From the NCBI GenBank assembly GCA_963824605.1, contig CAWGPZ010000014.1, positions 11,263 through 75,262 on the forward strand: 64,000 nt of DNA, given 5' to 3'. Under the pieces are notes generated by a model that saw only the letters and a list, made by a program, of their open reading frames with translations, did no database searches and was not told the origin of the DNA. Origin of the DNA: an uncultured Actinomycetota bacterium. Its GTDB lineage: Bacteria; Actinomycetota; Actinomycetes; JAHEKZ01. Below are positions 19,825 through 30,325 of this stretch, in pieces (the first letter of the stretch is position 1; each line of letters begins with the position of its first letter). Position numbers and translations under genes: made by a program.

Positions 19825-20556
19825 GTGCATGGTCCCATCGCTGGGACGCACTTGGGAGAGCTGATGACGCAGTCCGGAACTCACGGCGGACCTACCAGCC
19901 GGCGTGGCACGCATTGGCTCGTCGAGCTCGTTCTGGTCGTCGTCGTGGCGCTGGCAGTCTCGGCCTTCGTGCGCGCCTTCGTCGCGCAGGCCTACTACAT
20001 TCCGTCCGGCTCCATGGAGCAGACCCTGCAGGAGAACGACTGGATTGTGGTCAGCAAGCTCAGCACCCGGTTCGGTGTCGTCGACCGCGGAGATGTGGTC
20101 GTCTTCGCCGACCCCGGGACATGGTTGCCGGACGCGCAAGCGTCGACCAATCCCGTGCGTCGCACGCTCGAGTTCGTGGGGGTCGCGCCGAACTCCGCCG
20201 AAGGCGACCTCGTCAAGCGTGTCATCGGTATCGGCGGCGACACCGTCTCGTGCTGCGATCCGCAGGGGCGGGTCAGAGTCAATGACGTCCCTATCGATGA
20301 GCCGTATCTGTTTCCGGGAGACAAGCCCGGCGACGCTCCCTTGGGGTGCTCGGGTGAGTTCGAGATCGCAGTACCGGCCGGCTCGCTATGGGTCATGGGT
20401 GACCACCGGGCCGTCTCTGAGGACTCCCGTTGCCAGAAGGAGCTGCAGAAGTTCGTGCCCCTCGACAAGGTGCAAGGGCGCACTGTCGCCGTGATCTGGC
20501 CGAGCGACAACTGGGCGATGGTGGGCGGCAGGTCCTCCTTCGATGATGTGTCGTGA
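19825..20556 (+). CDS. lepB: signal peptidase I, copy 2 (intact)
   Basis: IPSGSMEQTL, VVSKL, GDHRAVSEDSR boxes. Alternative ATG start at 19864. Confidence 0.9.
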   Translation: MHGPIAGTHLGELMTQSGTHGGPTSRRGTHWLVELVLVVVVALAVSAFVRAFVAQAYYIPSGSMEQTLQENDWIVVSKLSTRFGVVDRGDVVVFADPGTWLPDAQASTNPVRRTLEFVGVAPNSAEGDLVKRVIGIGGDTVSCCDPQGRVRVNDVPIDEPYLFPGDKPGDAPLGCSGEFEIAVPAGSLWVMGDHRAVSEDSRCQKELQKFVPLDKVQGRTVAVIWPSDNWAMVGGRSSFDDVS

Positions 20557-20577
20557 GCGACCCACTGGCTGATTAGG

Positions 20578-21078
20578 GTGACGAGTGTGGCTCCAGTCCG
20601 TCGATCGTCAGCTCGCATGGTGATCGTTGACGCCGAAGACCGCGTGCTCCTGCTCCGGGGCGGTGATCCGCAACGGCCCGGCCCCGCGGTATGGCACACG
20701 CCAGGGGGCGGTATCGACCCGGGAGAGGCACCACAGCACGCCGCCCTACGTGAACTTGCCGAAGAGGTCGGCCTTGAGCTGGACGTGACCGGGCCGCTGG
20801 TGTGGACGAGGAGGTTCGAGTTCTCGTTCGACGGGGTCTGGTACGACCAGGACGAGGTCTTCTACTTCACACGCGTTGACGAGCACGAGGTCGACAGCTC
20901 TCGTCACACCCCCCTGGAGCGGCGCTACCTGTCGGGTCACCGCTGGTTCTCGGTGACCGACCTGGAGAGCTTCGACGAGCTCGTCGCGCCTCCCGACCTC
21001 GCCGAGCAGCTGAGTCGGCTCCTTCGCGACGGTCCACCGGCCCTGCCGGTCGAGGTGGGCCCGGCGGTCATGCCATGA
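20578..21078 (+). CDS. NUDIX hydrolase
   Basis: NUDIX box GGGIDPGEAPQHAALRELAEEVG. Start uncertain (possibly ATG at 20617). Confidence 0.8.
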   Translation: MTSVAPVRRSSARMVIVDAEDRVLLLRGGDPQRPGPAVWHTPGGGIDPGEAPQHAALRELAEEVGLELDVTGPLVWTRRFEFSFDGVWYDQDEVFYFTRVDEHEVDSSRHTPLERRYLSGHRWFSVTDLESFDELVAPPDLAEQLSRLLRDGPPALPVEVGPAVMP

Positions 21079-21802
21079 CCCGCCCTCGTCCATCGCTCCG
21101 TCGTGAGAAGTCACTTCTGCGTGAGGACGGTCGCTTTCTGGCCGGCTGTGACGAGGTCGGACGCGGAGCACTTGCAGGACCGGTCTCGGTGGGCATGGTG
21201 GTCGTCGATGCCGCTGCGGGACGAGTGCCGCCAGGACTCGCCGACAGCAAGCTGCTGTCTGCGAGTCGCCGCGAGGAGCTGGTACCGGTGATCCATCGGT
21301 GGTGCCGTGCGAGCGCGGTAGGGCACGCCTCGCCTCAGGAGGTCGATGACTGGGGTCTGACCCAGGCGCTCCGGCTTGCTGGGCTGCGTGCCCTCGGAGC
21401 ACTCGACATCGCGCCGGACATCGTGCTGTTGGACGGATCGTTCGACTGGCTGACGCCACCGTCGGATGAGGTGACCCAGACGATCAGGGTCTGTGGCAGC
21501 TCGAACCTGGCGATTGTCCCGCCACTCCGCCGTATCCGGTCCTCGACGTGCCGCCGATCGTCACTCACGTCAAGGCTGACATGTCGTGCGCCTCGGTGGC
21601 CGCCGCCAGTGTGCTGGCCAAGACGACGCGCGATGCCATGATGACTGAGCTTGCCGCCACTCACCCACACTTCGGATGGCACGAGAACAAGGGGTACGCG
21701 TCCGATCAGCACCGCGACCAGATCCGCGCCCATGGCCCCTGTGAGCACCACCGTCGCAGCTGGCGACTCGGTGTCGCGCAAACCCCTGCGGACAGCAGCT
21801 GA
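21075..21802 (+). pseudogene. rnhB: ribonuclease HII, with a frameshift between about 21480 and 21550
   Basis: N-terminal part GCDEVGRGALAGPV...DSKLLS is in the frame of ORF 21075-21641. C-terminal part VKADMSCASVAAASVLAKTTRD...GWHENKGY is in the frame of ORF 21548-21802. Confidence 0.8.
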
Positions 21803-21854
21803 CCGAAGGCGCCCGCTCTAGCCAGGTGAATGGATCGGTGCCAAGATCGCCGTC

Positions 21855-22226
21855 ATGGCTCCCATCGGAAAGCTGGCGTGGACCGCTATCGACTGCCGCG
21901 ACCCGCGGACTCTGGCCGAGTTCTACTCGGCGATCACCGGGTGGCCCATCGGCGAGGGCTCTGACGACGAGTGGGTCACGCTCGAAAGCGGTGGCGGCCC
22001 CACGTTGGGCTTTCAACGCGTCGACAACTACCAGCCTCCGCAGTGGCCCGGTCAAGAGCACCCGCAGCAGGAGCATCTCGACTTCGACGTCGACGATCTC
22101 GACGTAGGGGAGGCGGCCGTTCTGCGGATCGGGGCTCGCAAGCACGAGACGCAGCCGGGAACCGACTTTCGCGTCTTCCTCGATCCCGAGGACCACCCGT
22201 TCTGCCTGATCAACGAGGGAAACTAG
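21855..22226 (+). CDS. VOC (glyoxalase/bleomycin-resistance fold) family protein
   Basis: 123 aa. Typical VOC length and pattern (LAWTAIDCRDP...FLDPEDHPFCL). Confidence 0.65.
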   Translation: MAPIGKLAWTAIDCRDPRTLAEFYSAITGWPIGEGSDDEWVTLESGGGPTLGFQRVDNYQPPQWPGQEHPQQEHLDFDVDDLDVGEAAVLRIGARKHETQPGTDFRVFLDPEDHPFCLINEGN

Positions 22227-22845
22227 GCGCGCTGCTTCGCGCGTACCCCTCGAACGCTTCGACGACCTCCGCCGACTTCCGACGAGCCCCCGTCTGGAGG
22301 TACTCCATTGCCCGAAGTGCGCCGTCGTGAGCGTCGCTGCTCGAGCCGGCTACTGCGTCCTCGACAACACGACAGAAGTAGTCGTGCTGGTGTGCGTCGA
22401 CGAAGGTGTAGTGCACGCACACATCGGTGTGACCGCCGATCAAGATGAGCGTCTGGGCACGAAGTCCTTTGAGCAAGATCTCGAACTCGGTGCCGAAGAA
22501 GCACGAGTAGCGACGCTTGCGAATGACGTAGTCGTCGGGGCGGACACCGAGGGCCTTCGCGATGTCGGTGCCGACGTCACCTTCGAGAAGGTGAACATCC
22601 TCTGCGCCGTCCAGCTCGCGGCCGAAGTCGACGAGGTCGCGGCGATGGGCCTCCTGGAAGAAGACGACAGGAATGCCGCACTCACGAGCCTTGGCGATCA
22701 GGGCAGGCGCTTGGTCCATCGCCTTCTGGTAGCCGGGCATGAACGGGATGGCCGACTCTTCGCCGTCCACTGAGTCGCCGCCCTGAATGTCGATCACGAC
22801 CAGTACTGGCCGGCCTTCGATGAGTTCACGGTGAGTCGTGCTCAT
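22210..22845 (-). CDS. isochorismatase-family cysteine hydrolase
   Basis: Start MSTTHRELIEGRPVLVVIDIQ at minus-strand ATG 22845 with GGAGGAA RBS. Conserved Cys in GGHTDVCVHYT. The ORF track extends 69 codons upstream artifactually. Confidence 0.8.
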   Translation of the reverse strand: MSTTHRELIEGRPVLVVIDIQGGDSVDGEESAIPFMPGYQKAMDQAPALIAKARECGIPVVFFQEAHRRDLVDFGRELDGAEDVHLLEGDVGTDIAKALGVRPDDYVIRKRRYSCFFGTEFEILLKGLRAQTLILIGGHTDVCVHYTFVDAHQHDYFCRVVEDAVAGSSSDAHDGALRAMEYLQTGARRKSAEVVEAFEGYARSSAPSFPR

Positions 22846-23280
22846 GCCATTCCTCCAGGTGAAAAGGGTGCGACGCAGGTGCGAACAAGGACGGGTTGGC
22901 AGTCCACCGGCCAGCGGGCGAGACGGCCACGCGAATGACTGCGGTTTCGGTCGGAGAGGGAACGGCCACAACGACTCCTTGGGCGTCGTCGTGCAGGGCC
23001 GGGTACGGCGCGTCTCGTCCGGAGCTACCTCGATGATGGCAACTGAGAACACAGTAGCGGCTCAGGGTCGGGTTGAGCATCAGCGATGCTCCGGCGCACG
23101 TGAGTGCCGTTTGGCAGACGTCCCACGTGTGGTCACGACATGGCTTCGTCGCCGGCAGACGTAGAGGCTGTGCGTGCCGGACACCTCGATGTCCACAGGT
23201 GGCCGAATAGGCGCGTTCTCCCCAGGTTGAGTGCTGCCGGCATCGTGTCGCGACCGTGACGTCCACCCTCCTGCCAGGAG

Positions 23281-23646
23281 GTGGTGCCGATGCGCGCCAA
23301 GGACGTGCGGGGCCGACTCGGGGAAGACCTTGCAGCTGCGCACCTGATCGCAGAAGGACTGATTGTGCTCGATCGAAACTGGCGGTGCGAGGTCGGAGAG
23401 ATCGACATCGTGGCCAGGGACGGCGATGCCCTGGTGATCTGTGAGGTCAAGACCCGCAGCAGCCGACGCTTCGGAAGCCCGCTCGAGGCCGTGACCCCGG
23501 CGAAGGCCGCCCGGCTGAGGCGTTTGGCGGCCTGCTGGGTGCGGGCGCACGACGTGCGTCCACAGCAGATCCGGATCGACCTGGTCGGCATCGTCCTCGG
23601 TCGGGAAGTGCCGGAGATCGAGCATGTGCGAGGGGCGGTCGGGTGA
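23281..23646 (+). CDS. yraN: YraN-family (UPF0102) endonuclease
   Basis: [21 protein letters not shown] motif. Conserved upstream partner of comM/dprA. Confidence 0.85.
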   Translation: MVPMRAKDVRGRLGEDLAAAHLIAEGLIVLDRNWRCEVGEIDIVARDGDALVICEVKTRSSRRFGSPLEAVTPAKAARLRRLAACWVRAHDVRPQQIRIDLVGIVLGREVPEIEHVRGAVG

Positions 23647-25172
23647 GTACGGCGAGCGCGTACACCGTCACGTTGACCGGAGTCCAGGGCACCGTCGTGC
23701 GCGTCGAAGTCGATGCCAGCCCCGGCGTGCCAGGGCTGACCTTGGTGGGCCTTCCCGATCCTGCCGTTCGGGAGGCGCGTGATCGGGTGCGGGCAGCCAT
23801 CACCAACAGCGGAGGCGAATGGAAGGCGTGCAAGGTCACCGCCAGCCTGTCGCCCGCGTCCGTGCGCAAGCGGGGAAGCGGCATGGACCTGGCCCTTGCC
23901 TGCGCCTGCCTGGCAGCGTTCGACGCGGTTCCCACGGCCGCCACGGAGCAGTGGGTGCTGATCGCCGAACTGGGACTCGATGGCGCTGTACGTCCGGTCC
24001 ACGGGGTGCTGCCCATGGTGCTGGCAGCAGTCGATGCAGGACGCCGCCGCCTTGTGGTGGCCGAGTCGTCCGGAGGAGAGGCTGCCCTCGTGCCCGGGGC
24101 TGAGGTGGCGATCGCCGCCACGCTCGGCGAAGTGGTCGGCGTGCTGCGAGGAGACCATGATCCGCGCTGGGCCGACGCGATCACCCCCGATATCACGCCT
24201 CCCGACGGGCCCGATCTTCGTGACGTGCACGGACAGGCCACCCCCCGCCTGGCCGTCGAGGTCGCCGCTGCCGGCGGTCACCACCTGCTTCTGCACGGTT
24301 CTCCAGGCGCCGGCAAGAGTCTGCTGGCTGAGCGGCTGCCCACGTTGCTTCCGCCGCTCACCGACCGGCAGGTGCTCGAGGTGACGGCGGTTCACTCGGT
24401 GGCCGGAGCACTACGACCTGAACGCCCCATGGTGGTGCGACCACCTTTTCAGGCTCCTCATCACACGGCGTCGGCGGCAGCCCTGGTCGGCGGAGGAGTG
24501 GGGGTTGCCCGTCCCGGCGCGGTCAGCCTGGCCCACCGGGGAGTTCTCTTCCTCGACGAGGCCCCTGAGTTCAACCGAGTGGTGCTCGACACCTTGCGGC
24601 AGCCCATGGAGCGAGGCCAGATCGAACTCGCCAGAGGCGATGCCACGGTCACATATCCGGCGCGCTTTCAACTGGTCCTGGCAGCCAATCCATGTCCGTG
24701 TGGTCGAGGTGGCGGACGTGCCCTCGACTGCGTCTGCACCCCTGACCAGAAACGGCGCTATGCCGCGAAGCTGAGCGGACCACTCCTCGACCGCGTCGAC
24801 CTCCAGGTACCGGTGCTGCCGATCACGAAGGCCGAGCTGGTGGAGGGCCTAGGCGGCGAGTCGAGTGCCGCCGTCCGCGAGCGGGTCCTGCTGGCCCGAG
24901 AGCGCGCACGTCACCGATTCGCCGAACATCCGTGGTCGACGAATGCCGAGGTGCCGAGCGACGTATTGCGGTCGACGCACCGCCTACAGAAGGCCGGGCG
25001 CGACCTCGTCTTCGATGAGGTGGGGCGAGGCCGACTGACGGCGCGAGGGGTCGATCGCGTGTTCCGGGTGGCCTGGACACTGGCCGATCTCGGTGGCGTC
25101 GATCAGCCAGGGGCAGCCGAGGTATCGGCGGCGGTCGTGCTTCGCGGCGGAGGTCTGCCATGGGCGACCTGA
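23643..25172 (+). CDS. comM: Mg-chelatase-like AAA+ ATPase ComM/YifB
   Basis: Lon-like N-domain, Walker A GSPGAGKS, Walker B LFLDE, C-terminal Mg-chelatase C domain. Confidence 0.92.
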   Translation: MSTASAYTVTLTGVQGTVVRVEVDASPGVPGLTLVGLPDPAVREARDRVRAAITNSGGEWKACKVTASLSPASVRKRGSGMDLALACACLAAFDAVPTAATEQWVLIAELGLDGAVRPVHGVLPMVLAAVDAGRRRLVVAESSGGEAALVPGAEVAIAATLGEVVGVLRGDHDPRWADAITPDITPPDGPDLRDVHGQATPRLAVEVAAAGGHHLLLHGSPGAGKSLLAERLPTLLPPLTDRQVLEVTAVHSVAGALRPERPMVVRPPFQAPHHTASAAALVGGGVGVARPGAVSLAHRGVLFLDEAPEFNRVVLDTLRQPMERGQIELARGDATVTYPARFQLVLAANPCPCGRGGGRALDCVCTPDQKRRYAAKLSGPLLDRVDLQVPVLPITKAELVEGLGGESSAAVRERVLLARERARHRFAEHPWSTNAEVPSDVLRSTHRLQKAGRDLVFDEVGRGRLTARGVDRVFRVAWTLADLGGVDQPGAAEVSAAVVLRGGGLPWAT

Positions 25173-26293
25173 GTGACGAGCGTGCGGCGCGGATGCGGCT
25201 GTCACAGCTTGCCGAGCCGGGTGACGAGCGGCTCGGACACGCGCTGGAGGCGAGTTCGGCGTCTTCGATCCTGGCCCGGATCGAGGGTGGTGATCGGACT
25301 CTGCCGGGCGTGGAGCACTACCGGTCGCGGCTGGGAGTTTCCCCGGTGGCCCTGTTCGACGCGTGGGCTGAGCGAGGGGGCCGCTACCTGATCCCCGGTG
25401 ACGGTGAGTGGCCGACGCAGCTTGCGGCGCTGGGGCCGTCCGCACCGTGGGGGCTCTTCGTCGTGGGGGCTGAGCTGCGGGTGGCGGCCGTGCGATCAGT
25501 GGCCGTCGTGGGGGCGAGAGCCGCTACTCAGTACGGACTGCACGTCGCCAGCGACCTCGCCACCGACCTCGCCGGCCGCGGCTGGGCGGTGGTGTCCGGC
25601 GGCGCCTACGGCATCGATGCAGCCGCGCACCGAGGTGCCCTGGCTGCAGAGGGGACGACCATCGCCGCTCTGGCGTTCGGGGTCGACGTCGCCTATCCCC
25701 GGGGTCACGCCTCTCTCTTCGAGCGGATCCGAGAGGAAGGCGGCGTTCTGCTCTCAGAGTTTCCGCCAGGCGCCACTCCGACGAAACCGCGCTTTCTGAC
25801 ACGCAATCGCATCATCGCGGCGCTCACCAGAGGCACGGTCGTGGTCGAAGCCGCCTACCGATCCGGTGCGCTGAACACCGCGGCTGTCGCACGGCGACTG
25901 GGACGCCCCGTTCTTGTCGTACCCGGACCGGTCACGTCAGCGCTGTCGGTCGGCTGTCACCGCCTGGCGCGCGGTGACGACCCGGCCCGCATCGTGACCG
26001 ATGCGTCGGAGGTCATCGAGGAGGTAGGGCTGATCGGCGAGCTCGCTCCCACCCAGGAGCCGCTGCTCCGGGTACGCGACGCACTCGATCCCACGTCACT
26101 TCGCGTCCTTGAGGCAATGCCCAGCGAGTCAGCGATCGCTGTGGGTGATCTGTCGGTTGCGGCAGGCATCGACGCGGGGGCTACGGGGGGAGCGCTGCTC
26201 CGCATGGTCGCGACCGGGCTGGTCCGCGAGGCAGCCGACGGATTCGTCCGAGTTCCTGGTGCCGCGGACACGGTGGTTCGACGGTCCCCGTGA
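25160..26293 (+). CDS. dprA: DNA processing protein DprA
   Basis: Rossmann-like DprA core VVSGGAYGIDAAAHRGAL. Winged-helix C-terminus. Confidence 0.9.
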   Translation: MGDLSDERAARMRLSQLAEPGDERLGHALEASSASSILARIEGGDRTLPGVEHYRSRLGVSPVALFDAWAERGGRYLIPGDGEWPTQLAALGPSAPWGLFVVGAELRVAAVRSVAVVGARAATQYGLHVASDLATDLAGRGWAVVSGGAYGIDAAAHRGALAAEGTTIAALAFGVDVAYPRGHASLFERIREEGGVLLSEFPPGATPTKPRFLTRNRIIAALTRGTVVVEAAYRSGALNTAAVARRLGRPVLVVPGPVTSALSVGCHRLARGDDPARIVTDASEVIEEVGLIGELAPTQEPLLRVRDALDPTSLRVLEAMPSESAIAVGDLSVAAGIDAGATGGALLRMVATGLVREAADGFVRVPGAADTVVRRSP

Positions 26294-26347
26294 GCTGGTG
26301 CGGCGCGGGGGCTTGCCTCTCCGGCTCCACTCGCGCACGGTGGAGCG

Positions 26348-27307
26348 ATGTCCGACCAACCCGACGCCGCGCAGCCACTGCCGCCCGACGTGCTCTCCGA
26401 CGACTTGGCGTCAGGGTTGGCGGCGTTCGACCGGCACCTGCGGTCGGAGCGGGGGCTGTCGCCGCGTTCGGTGCGCGCGTATCTCGCCGACGTCACGGGT
26501 CTCCTCGAGCATGTGCAGAGACGTGGGCGCAGCACGATCAGCGAGATCGACCTCGCAGATCTGCGGAGCTGGCTGGCGCTGCAGCAGACCACGGGGCGAG
26601 CCCGCAGCACGATCGCGCGCAAGGCGTCAGCGGCGCGCACCTTCACCCGCTGGGCTGAGCGAAGTGGGCGGGCGGGACGAGATGCAGCGGCGCGGCTGGC
26701 TCGGCCGAAGGCCCACCGGACGCTTCCTCAGGTCCTTGGTGCGGGTCAGGTGACCAATCTCCTCGACGGAGCGCTTGCGCGCGCTCAGAGCGACCCAGAC
26801 CCGGTCGCCCTTCGAGACGTTGCCATCTTGGAGCTGCTCTACGCCACCGGCATCCGGGTGAGCGAGCTGTGCGGGCTCGACGTCGACGACGTCGACGACG
26901 CGAGACGAACCGTTCGGGTCTTCGGCAAGGGGGCCAAGGAGCGCACGGTGCCCTTCGGGGCTCCGGCGGAGAAGGCACTCGATGCCTGGCGATCAGGGCC
27001 ACGGGCGACGCTGGTGCGCGCCGATAGCGGGCCGGCTTTGTTTCTCGGGCGGAGGGGGCGTCGGATCGACCAGCGCGCGGTTCGTACCCTTGTGCACGAG
27101 CACCTGGCAACGGTCGAGAACGCACCCGATCTCGGTCCGCATGGACTGCGGCACACCGCAGCCACGCACCTGCTCGAGGGCGGCGCCGATCTGCGCTCCG
27201 TTCAAGAACTGCTGGGGCACGCTACGCTCGCGACCACCCAGATTTACACTCATGTCTCTGTTGACCGACTGAAGAGGGCGTATGACCAAGCGCACCCCCG
27301 CGCCTGA
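26348..27307 (+). CDS. xerC: site-specific tyrosine recombinase XerC
   Basis: Catalytic R..HxxR..Y: [38 protein letters not shown]. Confidence 0.92.
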   Translation: MSDQPDAAQPLPPDVLSDDLASGLAAFDRHLRSERGLSPRSVRAYLADVTGLLEHVQRRGRSTISEIDLADLRSWLALQQTTGRARSTIARKASAARTFTRWAERSGRAGRDAAARLARPKAHRTLPQVLGAGQVTNLLDGALARAQSDPDPVALRDVAILELLYATGIRVSELCGLDVDDVDDARRTVRVFGKGAKERTVPFGAPAEKALDAWRSGPRATLVRADSGPALFLGRRGRRIDQRAVRTLVHEHLATVENAPDLGPHGLRHTAATHLLEGGADLRSVQELLGHATLATTQIYTHVSVDRLKRAYDQAHPRA

Positions 27308-27575
27308 ACCGGACGCGTCGGCGTCCAGGACGTCCTCGAAGCGGTCGACCGGGGCGAAGAGCGCCGACAAGCCGGCCGCCAAGCGCAACGCGTCCAAGAA
27401 GGCGGCCGTGAAGAAGACCACGCCCAAGGAGCCGACGGCCAAGCGAGCCGCGTCCAAGAAGGCGGTGGCCAAGAAGAGCTCAACCACGAAGAGTGCTGTT
27501 GCCGCAGAGGCGCCGTCCTCGGCACAGCGGCCTCCAGCTGCCAGGATCTCCAAGGCCGCCGCGGCCGGGCCGCCG
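27282..27575 (+). CDS. Lys/Ala-rich basic segment (histone-tail-like). Probably the N-terminal extension of the downstream sigma factor, joined through a frameshift.
   Basis: ATG with [23 protein letters not shown] / [13 protein letters not shown] from a 60-bp tandem repeat. Codon usage is good in this frame up to about 27570 and then collapses (AGA/AGG). The sigma-factor frame becomes coding-like from about 27575. Confidence 0.35.
27378..27497. repeat. two diverged 60-bp tandem units encoding [13 protein letters not shown] / [13 protein letters not shown]
   Basis: gccaagcgcaacgcgtccaagaaggcggccgtgaagaag versus gccaagcgagccgcgtccaagaaggcggtggccaagaag, 60 bp apart. Confidence 0.65.
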
Positions 27576-27601
27576 CTGAGAAGGCCCGCGAGGAAGGCAC
27601 G

Positions 27602-28408
27602 TTGGACGCCGACGCCCTTGAGGCCCTCGACGAGGTCGTGGCAGCAGAGGAAGCCCTGCAGCAGCTGTGGCGAGACTTCAAGGACACCGGTGAGCAGAGC
27701 CTTCGCGAGCGGTTGATCCTGCACTACTCACCCCTGGTGAAGTACGTCGCCGGCCGCGTGGGTGTGGGGCTGCCACCCAACATCGAACAGGCCGATCTCG
27801 TGTCGTACGGCATCTTCGGCCTGATCGACGCCATCGAGAAGTTCGACCTCGAGCGCGCCATCAAGTTCGAGACCTACGCCATCAGTCGTATCCGCGGGGC
27901 CATCATCGATGAGCTGCGCTCGATCGACTGGATCCCGCGCTCGGTGCGCTACAAGGCACGAGAGGTGGAGCGGGCATACGCGGCGCTTGAGGCCAAGCTG
28001 CATCGCACGCCCACCGAGCCCGAGGTGGCCGACGAGATGGGGATCACGCTCGACGAGCTGCACACCATCTTCAGTCGCGTGTCGTTCGTCAACGTGGTCG
28101 CGCTTGACGAGCTGCTCAATGTGGGTGGCGAGAAGGGCGACAAGCTCAGCCTGGTCGACACCCTGGAAGACACCAAGGCCGAAGACCCTGTTGCGGCTTT
28201 CGAGTCAGAAGAGACCAAGTACCTGCTGGCCAAGGCGATCAACCACCTCCCTGAGCGCGAAAAGATCGTCGTCACTCTCTACTACTACGAGGGGCTCACT
28301 CTGGCTGAGATCGGTCAGGTACTGGGAGTCACCGAGAGTCGCATCTGTCAGATGCACACCAAGGCCGTCCTGCAGCTACGCGGTCGCCTCGCCGACGCAC
28401 CGGACTAG
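27602..28408 (+). CDS. FliA/WhiG-family (sigma-28-type) RNA polymerase sigma factor
   Basis: Region 2 [16 protein letters not shown]. Region 4 [19 protein letters not shown]. Position matches whiG in Streptomyces. True start uncertain; the frame is open back to 27308. Confidence 0.88.
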   Translation: MDADALEALDEVVAAEEALQQLWRDFKDTGEQSLRERLILHYSPLVKYVAGRVGVGLPPNIEQADLVSYGIFGLIDAIEKFDLERAIKFETYAISRIRGAIIDELRSIDWIPRSVRYKAREVERAYAALEAKLHRTPTEPEVADEMGITLDELHTIFSRVSFVNVVALDELLNVGGEKGDKLSLVDTLEDTKAEDPVAAFESEETKYLLAKAINHLPEREKIVVTLYYYEGLTLAEIGQVLGVTESRICQMHTKAVLQLRGRLADAPD

Positions 28409-28509
28409 GTCTTCCCGCGGGCTGCGTGGCGGTGGTCTCATCCGCTGTGCCTGCCCTGGCTGTGGAAGTCACCCCGCTCGGCGCCACGCCAGGTGTCACC
28501 GTCGGCTCA

Positions 28510-29032
28510 TCACGGTTCGGCCGGGAGCAGCACCACCCGTCCGCGCATCAGGGCGAGTGGATCGATGTAGGTGTCGTGGTGGCGAGCGCCCCAGTGCAGG
28601 CACGGACCGGCGGGGCAGTGCGGCTCGGTGGCCAGACGTCCGATGAGGTCTGCCGAGTCGACGAGGTCGCCGACCTCAACCCGAGGTCTGACGGGCAGGT
28701 AGGTGGTGCGCACATCGCCCTCGTGAGCGATCACGACGACGGAGCGGCCGGCCACCCGCCCGGCGAACTGCACCCGTCCGGGCAGCGCCGAGCGGACGGG
28801 CTGGCCCGGCCAAGCCGACGAGATCGACCCCACGGTGACCGGGGCCGTACTGTTCAGGTGCCTCGAAGCCCCGTTCCACCCGCGGAGGCTGAACGGGCCA
28901 GGTGGCTCTGAGCTGATCGGCGACGCCTGGGCCCGGAGCCGGCGGCACGACCGAACTGCGAGGGCTGAACGGGGCGGCGAGCACGGTGGAGGTTGCGACA
29001 GCTGCCAGGAGTCCGAGGACGAGAACCTTCAT
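28510..29032 (-). pseudogene. M23-family (LytM-domain) metallopeptidase, with a frameshift at about 28812-28822
   Basis: Signal peptide MKVLVLGLLAAVATS and HRGVDL (HxxxD) are in the frame of ORF 28676-29083. WPGQPVRS...FAGRVAGRSVVVIAHEGD...CLHWGARHHDTYIDPL (HxH) is in the frame of ORF 28510-28833. Confidence 0.75.
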
Positions 29033-29361
29033 GACAGCGATGGTCGGGCTCTGGGGTCGGACGCCGATCGCCGGCGCGACCATCGGTGGACAAGGGTCAC
29101 GCCCGGTCCCTGTGGACGAGCCCCAGGCCGGATTAGGAACGTCCGGGGTCGGCCCGTAGACTGCCCCTCAGCACCCTGCTTGCAGGGTGACTTCGCATGT
29201 CCGTCCCGCCCGGCCCGTTCTTCGGGTCCGGGGGTTGGCCACTCGGTCCGACCCGATCTCACGATCGGTGCGGCAGGCCGCGACAGGCATCAGGGTTCGC
29301 GACGCCGTCGCGGGCACAGAACCGAGTACCGCGCGTCAGCGTGGGTAAGGAGAGTACGGCT

Positions 29362-30279
29362 ATGGCCGTCGTCACCATGAGGCAGTTGCTCGAAAGTGGA
29401 GTCCACTTCGGGCACCAGACTCGCCGTTGGAACCCGAAGATGAAGCGCTTCATCTTCACCGAGCGCAACGGCATCTACATCATCGACCTGCAGCAGTCGC
29501 TGGCCTTCATCGACCGCGCCTACGAGTTCGTCAAAGAGACGGTGGCGCACGGCGGAACCGTCATGTTCGTGGGCACCAAGAAGCAGGGCCAAGAAGCCAT
29601 TGCCGAGCAGGCCACTCGCGTGGGCATGCCCTACGTCAACCACCGCTGGCTCGGCGGAATGCTCACCAACTTCCAGACGGTTCACAAGCGGCTGCAGCGC
29701 CTCAAGGAGCTCGAAGAGATCAACTTCGATGTCGTCGCCGGTTCGGGTCTCACGAAGAAGGAACTCCTCGTGCTGAACCGCGAGAGGGTCAAGCTCGCAC
29801 GCACCCTTGGCGGTATCCGTGACATGGCGAAGATCCCAAGCGCGCTCTGGGTGATCGACACCAACAAGGAGTCGATCGCCGTCGACGAAGCCAAGAAGCT
29901 GGGAATTCCCGTGGTGGCCATCCTCGACAGCAACTGTGACCCCGACGACGTCGACTACCCGATCCCGGGCAACGATGACGCGATTCGATCGGTCGCTCTG
30001 CTCACGCGCGTCATTGCCGACGCCGTTGCTGACGGTCTGGTCTCGCGCGCCGGTGCAGCAGCTGGGGACGACAAGCCAGAAGCTGCCGAACCCGGTGCCG
30101 ACGAGCCGTTGCCCGAGTGGGAGCGCGAGCTGCTGAGTGGCGACGTTGCCACCCCGGCCGCCGATGCCCCCACCGAGCAGAAGCCCGCCCAGGCCGAGGC
30201 CCCCGCAGAGGCAGCGGCACCAGCTGAGGCCCCCGCAGAGGCGGCGGCACCGGCCGAGGCCCCCGCCGAACAAGCCTGA
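29362..30279 (+). CDS. rpsB: 30S ribosomal protein S2 with acidic Ala/Glu/Pro-rich C-terminal tail
   Basis: ATG with [25 protein letters not shown]. The ORF track adds 55 codons upstream. Confidence 0.95.
   Translation: MAVVTMRQLLESGVHFGHQTRRWNPKMKRFIFTERNGIYIIDLQQSLAFIDRAYEFVKETVAHGGTVMFVGTKKQGQEAIAEQATRVGMPYVNHRWLGGMLTNFQTVHKRLQRLKELEEINFDVVAGSGLTKKELLVLNRERVKLARTLGGIRDMAKIPSALWVIDTNKESIAVDEAKKLGIPVVAILDSNCDPDDVDYPIPGNDDAIRSVALLTRVIADAVADGLVSRAGAAAGDDKPEAAEPGADEPLPEWERELLSGDVATPAADAPTEQKPAQAEAPAEAAAPAEAPAEAAAPAEAPAEQA
30195..30275. repeat. 30-bp tandem repeat (gaggcccccgcagaggcRgcggcaccRgcY), 2.7 copies, encoding the [10 protein letters not shown] tail of S2
   Basis: Read directly. Confidence 0.7.
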
Positions 30280-30325
30280 CCAGAGGCTCGACCCCAGCAC
30301 GCCGATCCACGAGAGAAGGAACCCC

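Noticed and set aside
22846-23052. N-terminal 69 codons of ORF 22210-23052
   Set aside because: The isochorismatase domain begins at MSTTHREL with a strong RBS at minus-strand 22845. The upstream part is low-complexity.
29197-29361. Upstream extensions given by the ORF track for rpsB, tsf (30137), TetR (33172), GT (39238), SIS (41814), aldehyde dehydrogenases (45888, 49285), mmsA (56988), rnc (4992), rpsP (16316)
   Set aside because: These are open-frame run-ins. Conserved N-termini and good RBSs identify the downstream starts listed in the features.
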